NCBI GenBank assembly: GCA_002245135.1
Contig: NGBS01000034.1
Coordinates: 62,001 to 86,111, forward strand
Direction: 5' to 3'
DNA from: Proteromonas lacertae
Lineage: Eukaryota
DNA length: 24,111 nucleotides
The number at the start of each line of letters is the position of its first letter. Within the stretch, counting starts at the first letter, position 1. Shown piece after piece: positions 1 to 11,258 of the stretch. Position numbers and translations under genes: made by a program. The notes under the pieces are model-generated. The model was not told the DNA's origin and searched no databases. It saw only the letters and a program-made list of their open reading frames with translations.

Positions 1-1023
1 CATCATTTATGTATGCTCTGTATAATATAAACTTAACATAACTTCCAATGCTGCTATTAATACTGAAGTTATAGTTAAAAGTATTGCTACCTGGAATAGG
101 GTCTTTAGTGATTTGAACTATGTTAAAATCAGTAAAGTCAATAGGATGATGAGTTGAATAATTAATGGTATTAGCATTACATGTTGGATCTTTATTGTAA
201 CAAATGTAAAGTCTAGGGTTAATAATTTTCATTCCTACATATTGTTGCCATGAATAAATCCAAGAAGAACCATTGCTATGATGAATCCAATTCATTATAG
301 GAGCAAATGTGAATTGAATATAAATGACTTCACCAAAATAAATATCATTCTTCAAAGCTAATATAGTATTATAGAAATCTGCAAAATGAAATCTACAGTA
401 TAGTTTTCCATGTAATATATCTTCTGTTGTTCCCATTTCTTCCCAATAATTCCAAACACCTCCAGCTGCTTTTAAAGTAGAATTAGAATCACATATAGTT
501 GTTTCAAGAATTTTATTATTTTTAATTGTTAAGCCATCAAATAAATATTCATAATAATTTTTATCTTTTATACCATAAGGATACTGATTGGCAATTTGAT
601 GAGTTAATCTCGATATTCACTATAACTACTATCTAAATCACATAGAAGTGTTCCAGTTTTATTGTATACTTTGATAGTTCCAAAATTCATTGAATTCTTT
701 ATATTTAAATAATCTAATGTTTTACCTGATTTAGAATCAGTTATTGGTGCAATAGGTAATTTCCAATTACCTGAATCTGCAGCAGCATGATCTCTTTTTT
801 GACCTGTAGTATAATCTAATAAAAATTCAAAGTAACTTTTTGATAGATTAACACAATTATCACCAGATATTTCAAATGTAATAGCATCACTGTTTGAATT
901 TAAAGATAAAACAGTCTAATTTCTGCTTTGGTTAGGTGTAACTAAAATATGATTGTAGACAGGTATATAAGCTGGCACAATGCTTTCATGTTTTTGTGAA
1001 TTAGGTACAGCAGTGATTGACAT
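1..1023 (-). pseudogene. Double-jelly-roll major capsid protein (Polinton-like virus/virophage type), disrupted; 3' end outside window
   Basis: Manual translation from ATG at 1023: MSITAVPNSQKHESIV...RN*TVLSLNSNSDAITFEISGDNCVNLSKSYFEF; after two frameshifts (~720, ~610) ...LYCRFHFADFYNTILALKNDIYFGEVIYIQFTFAP...IINPRLYI. Resembles PLV MCP motifs and lies directly downstream of the penton. Missed by the ORF track. Confidence 0.75.
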
Positions 1024-1077
1024 ATTTTATGTTATTTTTTAAAAATCAAAAAATGCTTAAAAATAGCAAGAAATTTA

Positions 1078-2049
1078 TTAATACAAAATAATCTCAAAAT
1101 AAATAGGTAAGTTCTTTAAATCAATTGCATAACCATCTTGTTGAGAGACTGATATATTCATTCGTTGATATTCGTGATATTGCATCTTTTTAGCTGTCCA
1201 TTCAATTTGTGGATTAGTGAATGTAGTATAAGTTGCATTTATATCAGTTACAGGTATATTTGCTAAAACCATTGAATTCTCACCACTATTAACCCAGTCA
1301 CATCTAATTTGTATGAATGACACCCATAGTAAAGAAGGCTGATTTGGTAACAATTTGTAATAATTATTAAAATCTTTACTGAAATATGCATCACTTAAAT
1401 GATTTGCATGATAAATTGATATACTTTTATTTATTTCATCTAAGCCAAATAACTTATATGCTAAGTTATGGAATTCTATAGTAAAGTCTGTAAAGTAATA
1501 TTTTCCGAAATGAGTAATATAATTAAATTGTAACTTTAATCTATTTTCTGAAGTTTTTTCAAATTGAAGTACATCTGTTAGATCATCTACTTTACGAAAT
1601 GTAAATCTATTTGCAAAATCTTCATCTGGTAATGGTACTACTACATTATCAAATGCATAAAAAGTAAAATCTAAGAGATTTCTAGCAAAAAAATCTAATA
1701 ATTCTTTTCCTGTATATTTTCTTTGAGGTATTTTAATATCAATAGTTTTATTATAAGGTCCATTTTGGTTTTCAGGGTATGCCCATTTTGCTGGATCTGT
1801 TTCATCTGGATTAATGCAGCTATAATAAGTAAAATTAAAGAGTATATGATCATTTACTTAATCTTGTATTGTATAGAAGTTATTTGGAATAACTGCAGTA
1901 ATTAAACTCATATATTGATATTTTTCAGTAATAGTTGGAGTATTAATACATCTTGTCCATCTATTGGAAAATTTTGGATCAAAGTCTGATGTAGTTAAGA
2001 ATAATGATCTTCTATTACTTAAAACATTACTACCATCTTTAGGTTGCAT
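1078..2049 (-). pseudogene. Minor capsid protein (penton, single jelly roll), ~323 codons with one in-frame stop
   Basis: ORFs 1858..2049 and 1078..1353 share one frame, interrupted only by TAA at 1858-1860. Penton motifs: AVIPNNFYTI, IKIPQRKYTGKEL, LAYKLFGL, IQIRCDWV, VLANIPV, ISVSQQDGYAIDLKNLPIYFEI. Confidence 0.85.
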
Positions 2050-3605
2050 TATGTTTTATAATTGTTGAGAAATATTAAAATATAATTTTATTTGAATTAT
2101 TCTTTAATTTAATTTTTGATAAATAAAATATAATATATAATAATATAATAATAATAATATATATATATAACACTTACATTTTTGATATCAAAATTCAAAT
2201 ATTTTCATAGGCTTGAGGTTTGCGTTATTTTCTTTGTTTTACAATAGTTTTTTCATAAGTCCAGAAGAGTTGAATGTATAAGAATGTAATGCGAGAAGTG
2301 TGATTTGGTTAATTAGCTGTATTTTATATAAAATAATAAACATTATTTAATTAGTGTATAATTAGCTATATTCTGATTTGCAAGTGATTTTAAGATCTGA
2401 TACAATATATTAACTATACTCATTATACACTCATTATATATATTATAGTAAATTAAAAGACATTTTTTCTATACATATATTTCCACAATTACACATTTTT
2501 TGTCTATATCTATATTGGTGATAAAAAAACAGCAAATTTTGTATGACAAAAATCTATTTATGCTAATTATTTAAATAACAATAATATAAACTATTTTAAT
2601 AGTTTTAAAATCAAAAAAATGAAATGAATGTAGTTTGAGAAAGTTTGTGTGAAAACACTGACGTCAGAAGGGGTATAATTCTTAAATCCTTAAATTTTGT
2701 CACTTTTTATTTAGACATCATATTAAAATAAAAACATAAAATTTGAAATATAAATTAATTCTAACACTCATTTATGTAGTTTTTTCTTAATATTATGACA
2801 CTATTTTTTTACTCACAAAAGTAGCTTATATGACAAGGTAACATTATATCCCTTCATAACTCATTATGAGTAATAACATTATGTAATTAGTTTGTTTCTA
2901 AAGTTTCTAATCGCTCAACGGGGAGTTGTTTGAATGGTGATTTAGCAGTAGCTGTTGCAAATGAATTAGCTAAACGGAGGCACCTCTAATCCATATATTA
3001 GCTCTAAGATAGGATCTGCACCACATCCACGTTTTGGTGGACCTCCTGGAGTATTTGGTAGTTATCCTCCCCCACCTCCTCCACCTGGTCCAGGAAGCTA
3101 TATACCACCTCCTCCTCCTAGTAGTAAATCTGGTAGTAGTGGTGGTACATCACTTCCTCCTCCTCCTCCACCTCCACCACCACCATCACCACCTCCAGCT
3201 CCATCAGGTCCAACTGCTCTAACATGTCCATCTTCTGAAGAAATTAAATTACAGAAAAAATTAGATGTTGTAACAAAAGAGGCTGATAAATATAGAAACA
3301 TGATAACTGATATATCAAAAGAAAAAGATGAAGCATTAGCTGCTTATAATAAATTTAATGCAGATACTGCAGCAGAGATAAAAAAGTTTAATAAAGAATA
3401 TGCTGATGATAAAGCAGCACAACAACAAAATTATGATAACATGGTTAAATTAAAAGCAGATGAAGCTGAAAGAATAAAAAATGAAATGATTCAGGCTAAA
3501 TTAAAGTAGGATGATGCAAGTAAAAAATTGAATGCTTATGAAAAAGCAGAATTATCGTTACAAAACAAAATTGATAATTTACAAAGTAGAGTAAATGATT
3601 TAAAT

Positions 3606-4766
3606 CAGGTTTGTATAAATAGGTAACCTATAGGTTATAGGTAAAACCTATAATCTAGCTTTGACAGACGGTCGGTCAAACCTCGAGCATTATTTTGTTA
3701 AAATCTATTTTAATTACTTACTGAGTAACATTTGTTTAATACAAACTACCATAATGCATAAAATATTATTCTTGTTTCCTGTTTTACTTTAGTTTCCATA
3801 GTTAGAATAAGATTAGTTGAAATTGTATAAATATCTATTCTAATATATTAAAATTCATCTACAAACTACTCAATAGTGATATTTAACATATTTATAAACA
3901 ACTTGTTATTTTGATGATTAATTTATATTGATTACTATCTCTAAAAAACAAATATAAATGTAATTATAATAATAAATCTCTATTTCTGGATATTAATGAT
4001 TTGTCTTCAATAAGTCTCTTACTTTCTCAGTTTCTGAAAATAAATAATCATTATAAACCTCTCTTCGATTTATACTATATCCTAGTTTGAAGCAAAACCT
4101 TCTAAATACTGGTGAGTCTAATATAGTGGTACTGACTGCATTGAAGGTTATTAATTTACATAGATCTTGGTTGAGAGAATCTGAATTGACTTTGGCTTTT
4201 ACCATATGTAATAATCTGAATATTTTATTTTAATCACGTATTCCAAAACATTTTGAAGTAGTTAAAATGCTACTTCTCTAACATACAGCAATTGAATAAA
4301 TGCACAACTCTTTTGATGCGATAGGGGGTAATGTGATATCCCTATAGTTTCATATATTATAAAGTCTTATAAATATTGAGTAATTATACATTTAAATGAT
4401 CTAAATCTTAAAAAATAAAGATTTATTAAGTCAAACCATCAAGCTTGATGTTTTTTTTCTTTTATTTTTTTTATTCTAAAATATATTTAATATTATGTTA
4501 ATTATATGTAATTGTGAGTCATTATTGAGAAATGGATCAAAATAATAGTAATATAAAAAGAGCATCGACCGACAGTCAAATATGATATTTGAAAGATGAT
4601 GTATAAAACATTAATTTTGTATATATGGTTAGATTATATGCTTGTTAACTCATGTTCAATAGGAGGTCAACTAATAGTTAGTATAAGGAAGGTAAAGGTC
4701 AAGCTAAAGATATAGGTTTTGACCTATAGGTAAACCTATATTTTTTGACCGAAAAATACAACACTG
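3606..4766 (-). mobile_element. Non-autonomous (deleted) hAT DNA transposon, 1161 bp
   Basis: 8-bp TSD ATTTAAAT at 3598-3605 and 4767-4774. TIRs CAGGTTTGTAT / ATACAACACTG (9/11 match). Subterminal ATAGGT/ACCTAT arrays at both ends. Removing the element plus one TSD restores the host reading frame. Confidence 0.92.
3993..4205 (-). pseudogene. hAT transposase N-terminal remnant
   Basis: LCKLITFNAVSTTILDSPVFRRFCFKLGYSINRREV resembles the hAT segment following the BED finger, and it lies inside the TIR/TSD-bounded element. Confidence 0.6.
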
Positions 4767-5824
4767 ATTTAAATGATCAAAATATGAAATTTCAAAGTGA
4801 TATATCAAATTTAACTACCAAAAATAATATTTATCAAAATCAAATAAATGATTTAAATGAAATAATTAACTAGTCAAAATAAGGATTATTTAAATGAAAT
4901 AGAAAAAATGAAAGTGAATATATCTTCATATCAGTCAGAAATACAAGGTTTAAAAACAACATTAACAGAAGCTAAAGGAAATGAACAAAAAAAGAAACTT
5001 TGAATATAATGATTTACTTAATGAATATAAAAAATATAAAAAGGATCATGATCCTACTGGTGGTCATCAACTAACTGTTAATGAAAGAAAACAATTAAAT
5101 GATTTAGAATTAGAATTAATAACTAAAAGAAGTGAATTAAACATAGCAGCACAAGAAAAAATAGCTCTGCAGAATAATTTAAAAACTCTTAGAAATGATA
5201 GAGATAATTAAATTACTGAAAATACTTCTTATAAGGATATGGTAGATTGTTTAAAACAACAAAAAGAAGAAATTAATAAATAATTCGAAAGTAACAAGAT
5301 TCAATTAAACAATAAAGAAAATATTCTTGAAGAATTTAAAATTAAGCATAAATTATATGCTCAGAAATATAATGAAGAAAGTTATCAAGAATTAAAGAGT
5401 TTATATGAAAAATAAATTAGAGAATTAAAACAACAGAATGAAGAATTGAAAAATGCGAATAATCAAAATAAAAGAGAATTAAATTTAGCACTAAATAATG
5501 CAGAAAATCTCAAAACACAATTCTTTATCCATTCTGTAAAATTCTCCTAAATTTTCTCTTTTATTTTCTATAATTTCATTTAAAACAAATAATATGAATA
5601 ATAAAGATAAGAAATTAATAGTTTTCATATATTTAACTTTTTTGTAATTTAATTTACACTTTCTAGATCAAGAGTTGACTATTAAGGGGATTTATCGATT
5701 GCATCTAGAAGGGGAAATACATCTACAACACTCGCTAAAACACTAGAGTAGCAATTTCGGAAAAGTTATTCATATAAATCATCTAGGTAAGTTCATCTTG
5801 GCCTTCTTGTTATTGCCGGAATCC

Positions 5825-6160
5825 TTATAACCGAGGGTTCTCTCCGAAGATATCATAGTAGTAGATTTGCCTTCAATCATCATCCACTACTAAGGCAACC
5901 CAATGCCCGATCTTATTCTCGGCAAATTGTCTATTGAAGTCATTGTACTCTTCCTTAATCAGTCTCTCGATATCGAAGTTACTTAAGGCATCATCATGGT
6001 TAGCAACTTTTCCTTCAGCAAAGTACTCATACTAATCCTCATACTCCTTATCATTCTCATCATCAATGATATCCAAGAGTGGCATTTCACACAATGAGTT
6101 GATTTTCAGCTGTCTGAATAAAGGGTCTGCATTTGCATAAACTACAGGTTGTTGTTGTTC
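5825..6160 (-). pseudogene. Adenain-like (adenovirus-type) cysteine maturation protease remnant of a Polinton
   Basis: Manual translation: ...ED*YEYFAEGKVANHDDALSNFDIERLIKEEYNDF...KIGHWVALVVDDD*RQIYYYDIFGENP. The LSNxDI, GHWVAL (catalytic His) and YYDxFG motifs are present; the catalytic-Cys segment was not found. Not in the ORF track. Confidence 0.8.
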
Positions 6161-6514
6161 TTATTTTTTAATTCTTTTATTATTCTAAAAATTCTTTTAC
6201 ATATCAAAAATATTCAACTCCTAATCAAACAAGTTATGTTATTTTTCTACATGAAGTAGAATATTTATGAATTACAAATTCAGCATTTCTATTAATGCTA
6301 AATATTAATACAAATGCAGTGTTATGCGTAGATTTTTAATATATGTAGCATTAGAAACAGAACTTACTGCAATAATTATTTCTTTTGCAATAAAATCACC
6401 TTCGGCGGAAGGTATATTTAAATTGATTTTCGTATATTGCTCTTTTCATTCCTTTTTTGTCTTTAAAAAATTGTTTTGGTATAGTTATTTTTAAAATGGT
6501 AGATATAATAACAT

Positions 6515-7523
6515 TATACCATGTGCAATATAGGTAGTGCTCTATCTGCTTTACCAAACTACAAATCCTATATCTAAAAATGATTAATAGTTACTTGATA
6601 GTCTTTGCAAATGTTTAGCAAAATCATTATCTACTCTAGTAATTGATTTAAATGATTGTTCATGAGCTTCAATAAATGAGGTGAACGAAAATATTTTCTT
6701 CTTATAAGTCTGATAATAAGTAATTGAATCTTCTAAATACTTAATCTGCCATTCATGTTGCTGTCTACTACCAACACATCTTTGTAATGAATCAGAAAGA
6801 TGCATTTTAACCATTTCATTACAGTTAAACTGAAAGTTATGATTTATATTGATGATAGAATTTCTGTAACTATTAAAAAAAGATAAGTTTCTATCACATT
6901 CAGCTAATGAAGATATTATTGTATAATTATTCTTTATATATGAAGAATATATAAACTCATTAGACTGATTGGTTTGATAAGATCCATAAAACAATGGCAG
7001 AAAATTTGGTCGAGAATCAATATTATATTTCTTCCGAAATTTATATCCTGCAATAAATGAATAGTATTCTGCATTTGAATAAAAAATCTATATCGTGACA
7101 AAGCATCAAATAAATAAATATTCACAGAAAATTCATGCTTTCCCTTGTTATTTGATTTAGAAATCTTGGATGGTATAAAATAAAACAAATATTCAATTCT
7201 ATTCCTACTTTTGATGATCTTATTAGATTCATATTTTAGTTTATAAGTATTATTTATCTATTTACTATAAATATAATATACTTAAAAATATCTAATTTTA
7301 TAGTATTATTGTATAGAGTATATAAGAAATCATTTTTACAACTACTTATGGTTGTTTGAGGAAATGAGTAATTTAAGATTAAATTACATGGAATTTTACA
7401 TATTTTTTTGCTCTTTGTTTTATCTTTATTAAATTTACATAATGAATTAGTATTTGTAATTTTAATTTTTACGTTAGTATTTATGCAAATCATAAATAAC
7501 ATTAGAATAATAAAATAGATCAT
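6515..7523 (-). pseudogene. DUF229-like (alkaline phosphatase/sulfatase-fold) type II membrane protein, frameshifted
   Basis: N-terminal signal anchor (7254..7523); VNIYLFDALSRYRFFIQMQNT (6934..7188); FSFTSFIEAHEQ...VDNDFAKHL (6584..6994); then FGKADRALPILH in another frame. Confidence 0.5.
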
Positions 7524-7719
7524 TTAAGTAAATTAATACTAATTGTGTTGGACAACTCTTTCCCTTGAAGTTCTCCATTACTGATGCTTTGTTAAATTAG
7601 AGCATTTGAGCTAATATTGTTTCTTTTTGCGAAGATAGTAGTTAAAAATATATTCATTTTATTTTAACAACTTTATATTAAATCCCTTCAAAAAATATTT
7701 CAATTAAATACAACAATAG

Positions 7720-8690
7720 AAAGCAGTAGTTAAAATTTATATATTCTGTTGTTTTTTTCTATTCTTAAATATCATTAATTTGTTTTGTTATTTTAGTAAT
7801 GATAGCAATTTTTCCAAAATTAAACAATATAATTTAATTAATCCATCAAAATTATTTACTAATGCTATTCAATTATATAACCAAAGATTACATTATATGA
7901 ATAACTTATATAGAAAAATAAATAATTATTATGGTTATAAAAAAGCAATTATTGTATTACTCAATCTCAAAGAAATTCAGCCATTTATAGATAGAAATAT
8001 TTTCTTTTTAAGTCAAAAATATCATGATATTTTAATATTTTATGTTACAGAAAGACAGCATCTTAATACTAATAATGAATATAGGCATATAAAATATAAT
8101 GTTATTGATATATCCAGTGTATTCTTTACATTTCCATATAAGTTTAATGATTCAGCTTTTATACCAAATTTTATTAAAAGAGGAAAATGGAATTATCAAC
8201 ATATGTGTAGATTTTTTTTTAGAGATATATTTATTCATCCATCATTAAGAGATGTAGAATACCTAATGCGGCTTGATTCAGAATCTTTTATAAATACAAC
8301 ATCAAATTTATTCAAAATGATGGGAAATAATTATGTATACATGCATAATAAAATAATGAATGATGCAAAATCTGTTGTTAAGGAATTAAAAGAGTTTACA
8401 GAATCGCTTATAGAAGTAGTAAATATAATACCAAAAGATGGCATAAATTTTGACAAAACATTTCATAAAACATCACTTATCTATTATAATAACTTTGAAA
8501 TATGCAATATGAAATTCTTTAGATCAAAAGAAATGTTTGAATTGTAAATTTAGTTGATTTAAGTTATGGACAATTTATATATAGATGGGGTGATGCTCCA
8601 TTAAGGTATATTAGTTTATCATTGTTTGCATATAACAAATCAAAAATCTCAATTCCTTTTAATGTAAAATATTGTCACAAACATTGCTAG
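7720..8690 (+). pseudogene. GT15 (KRE2/MNT1-like) alpha-1,2-mannosyltransferase with a 1-nt frameshift near 8543
   Basis: Motifs YQHMCRFF, YLMRLDSES and YYNNFEI. After the shift the frame reads VNLVDLSYGQFIYRWGDAPLRYISLSLF...YCHKHC* (TAG at 8688-8690); RWGDAP is a GT15 hallmark. An in-frame hydrophobic anchor lies upstream of 7780, but no ATG was found. Confidence 0.85.
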
Positions 8691-8856
8691 ATAAATTATA
8701 GTGCTTGCATTAATCTCCCTATAGTGTTATTGAATAATACCCTAAATTATATATTATTTATGTTTAAAATAGTCGCAGCTTCATAAGTGAACTACATGCT
8801 AATTCAATTTATTTTGGTATTGAATGTTCGTATTGAAAGATATTCTTATCTAATTA

Positions 8857-9792
8857 ATGCCTATTACACAATGTAAAATGTTATTCTATTTTATTTTTGT
8901 GTTTTTTCTTTTTATAATTGTAAATACTATTCATTCAGTTGACTCTTTTATATATCCAATTAATAAATATGAAAGTATTATAGATTTTGAAAATTTGAAT
9001 ATGAATGAATTAAATGCTATACAGTGCAAATATCCCTTAGTAGAATTTCACATTACTACTATTTTAATTTTTCTCTTATCAAGGGACAGGTTATATTCCA
9101 CATATTACTCAATTAAATATTGGATAAAATTTAAAAGCATTGCTAATATATACATTATTATATTAGATCATTTATCAACATATAAACCATTGCTAAATTT
9201 TTATAATTACTTAAAAAATAGATTAGGTATAATAATTCATAATTTAACTCAATCAAACTGGAATGTAGCTATAGACAAAGAAGTTCCTAATGTAATTACA
9301 AAATATTTAAATTTATATACACAAGCACAATTCTATATATTATCAGATATTGATATAATACTCGTCAATATACCCAAAAATTTATTTGATTTTTATGGCA
9401 CTATACTAAGTAATTGTGATGTAAATGTTGTAGGACCATCATTAATGACAAATGATATATCATCAGATTTCCCTGATTTTAGAAAAGTATATAAATTTGA
9501 AACTCATTATATATCTACTAACCATTATGATATATTATATAAACATTACTATTATTCTTTTGTTAAGGCTGACATTGACACAATTTTTGGGATGAGAAAA
9601 AGAGAAAGAATCTTTAAAAGACATGATAAAAAATCTTATAGATCTTTAAGTCCATATATTGCGCATCACATTGATTGGTATATTTCTAATAAATGCATTC
9701 CTAAATCATTCTTATATTATTTAAATCATACAAAACAAATAAATCATTCTGGATCAGCATTTAATTATTCATCTTCATTAAAACAGCCATAA
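8857..9792 (+). CDS. GT-A fold glycosyltransferase (GT2-like, bacterial/giant-virus type) with N-terminal signal anchor
   Basis: Intact 311-aa ORF with SRDRL...IIILDHLSTYKPLLNFY, YILSDIDI (DxD), VVGPSLMTNDI, ADIDTIFG and PYIAHHIDWY. Confidence 0.7.
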   Translation: MPITQCKMLFYFIFVFFLFIIVNTIHSVDSFIYPINKYESIIDFENLNMNELNAIQCKYPLVEFHITTILIFLLSRDRLYSTYYSIKYWIKFKSIANIYIIILDHLSTYKPLLNFYNYLKNRLGIIIHNLTQSNWNVAIDKEVPNVITKYLNLYTQAQFYILSDIDIILVNIPKNLFDFYGTILSNCDVNVVGPSLMTNDISSDFPDFRKVYKFETHYISTNHYDILYKHYYYSFVKADIDTIFGMRKRERIFKRHDKKSYRSLSPYIAHHIDWYISNKCIPKSFLYYLNHTKQINHSGSAFNYSSSLKQP

Positions 9793-10038
9793 TAAAATTA
9801 ATGAATTTTACTCACTCTTCAGCAACTTTCCTTTTAATATTATTTCTTTGAGGCAATACTTTTATCCTTATTGGACTTTACAATTGTTAAGTTGTTTATA
9901 ATGGTAACTTCGGGAGGTATCAATCAATTCTGTATTAAGGTGCTAAAAACTTAACAATTATAAAAAACTAGGTTGGATGTTATATGTGTGTTTTTATATA
10001 AAAAATATATTCGTTTCATTATTTCCCTCCATTTTAAG

Positions 10039-10091
10039 GTGCTAAAAACGGCGCCAGTTCTACGATATTTCTACGTTGCCGTTTTTAGCAC
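10039..10091. repeat. Perfect 14-bp inverted repeat in the hAT left end
   Basis: GTGCTAAAAACGGC (10039-10052) / GCCGTTTTTAGCAC (10078-10091), 25-nt spacer. Confidence 0.95.
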
Positions 10092-10320
10092 TGGGTTTCA
10101 TAAAAAAAAAAATAAAAAGTGAAGGGGGAGTGATTTAAAGTATAAAAATGTATTGAAATTGCTATATAATGTAACTATAAAAAAATAATTATCAAAAAAT
10201 AATCTTTATTCTTTTTTATGAGTTTTCTTTGTCAATCTGTTATATTTTTAGGGCCAAAATTTAGAGATGGTATTGTATATAAAAGAAAATGCATCTTATG
10301 CAATTTTAACATCAATATTG

Positions 10321-10348
10321 GTATTTATTTTATAATAGATATAATTAG
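10321..10348 (+). other. 28-nt GT-AG intron
   Basis: GTATTT...ATTAG; removal joins ORFs 10218 and 10393 in frame and rebuilds the BED zinc finger. Confidence 0.85.
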
Positions 10349-11215
10349 GTACACAAAAGGATTCAAACACATCACACTTAAAAAGCCATCTAATGAAGAA
10401 GCATAAATTTAGTGAAGAGTGCATTAAAAACAAAAATTTAATCCAACACTTTAATCAGACAACAATACCAACATACAGCAATATCAACAGAAAAATTCTT
10501 TACCAATACGTGGCAGCGTTACACATAGATTGTCGACCTTTGCGATTTGGAGATGGATATGGGTTCAGTAGTTTTTTGATACATTACATATAAAATTACC
10601 AACATATAAGCAAATATCAGATACAATCGATTCAATAATATCGTTAATAAAAAAGAAAATGGAATGCGACATAGAAAACACTAAATTTGTGAATATTCAA
10701 ATGGACCATTGGAAAGGTAAAAGGACAAACTACTTAGCTATTTTTGTGGACTTCATGAAAGATATGAATATTACATCTTATTTAATATCTACAAAACAAG
10801 TAGATAATAAAAGTCTGAAACTACATCAATTATACTAAACAATTTAAAAAATACTATATTACATGACAAAATAATAACGGCAGCAAATAGTGCCAGTGAC
10901 ATGGTAGCAGCTATTAAGATGTGCTCCTTTATACATATATATTGTTTTAGTCATCGTTTACATAACGCATTATTAAGATCGGAAGTTATAATTAAAACAT
11001 CTGTGAACAAATTTAGTAAACTCCTTGATTATTTAAACAGGAAGGACAATTTCTATGAAGAACTAAGGAAAGTTTTAATATTAAAATATAATCAAGAAAA
11101 GTTAAATACAATAACTGCCAAAATACCAAGTGCTATAGATGTTAGATGGTTCTCTTGCTACGACATGCTTCAACATTTTGTTGAATCTTTTAATGATGTA
11201 AGATCCTATATTCAA

Positions 11216-11258
11216 GTAAATATTATTTTCAATTTTATTATTTTGTAATTATTTATAG
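11216..11258 (+). other. 43-nt GT-AG intron
   Basis: GTAAAT...TATAG; removal joins ...RSYIQ to VIDKDY...ILKPL, in frame with ORF 11364. Confidence 0.8.

Larger units (their letters stand above)
2866..5520 (+). pseudogene. Proline/glycine-rich N-terminus plus long coiled-coil protein, probably viral; split by a hAT insertion, with stops and frameshifts
   Basis: Open frame from ~2970 (GGPPGVFGSYPPPPPPGPGSYIPPPPPSS...PPPPPPPPPSPPPAPSGP) continues into ORF 3300..3509 and past a TAG to ...QSRVNDLN. After removing 3606-4774 it resumes in frame with DQNMKFQSDISNL...; later pieces include 4981..5211 and beyond. Start and end are approximate. Confidence 0.7.
1..6160. mobile_element. Decayed Polinton/Maverick-like endogenous virus, morphogenesis module (MCP, penton, coiled-coil gene, protease); runs off the left edge
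   Basis: Adjacent major capsid, penton and adenain-like protease remnants; a Polinton-type pPolB lies at 20205-22845. No TIR, TSD or packaging ATPase seen in the window. Confidence 0.85.

Noticed and set aside
3034..3301. His-rich (3034..3222) and poly-Gly (3098..3301) ORFs
   Set aside because: Alternate-frame and antisense readings of the polyproline CCT/CCA tract.
1..6160. Alternative genetic code (TAA/TAG = Gln), suggested by many in-frame TAR stops
   Set aside because: CAA/CAG are used freely, and long intact ORFs (integrase, GT2-like) have no internal TAR and end in TAA/TAG. HYDIN stops fall at Tyr/Ser-equivalent positions and frameshifts co-occur, so ordinary decay explains it.
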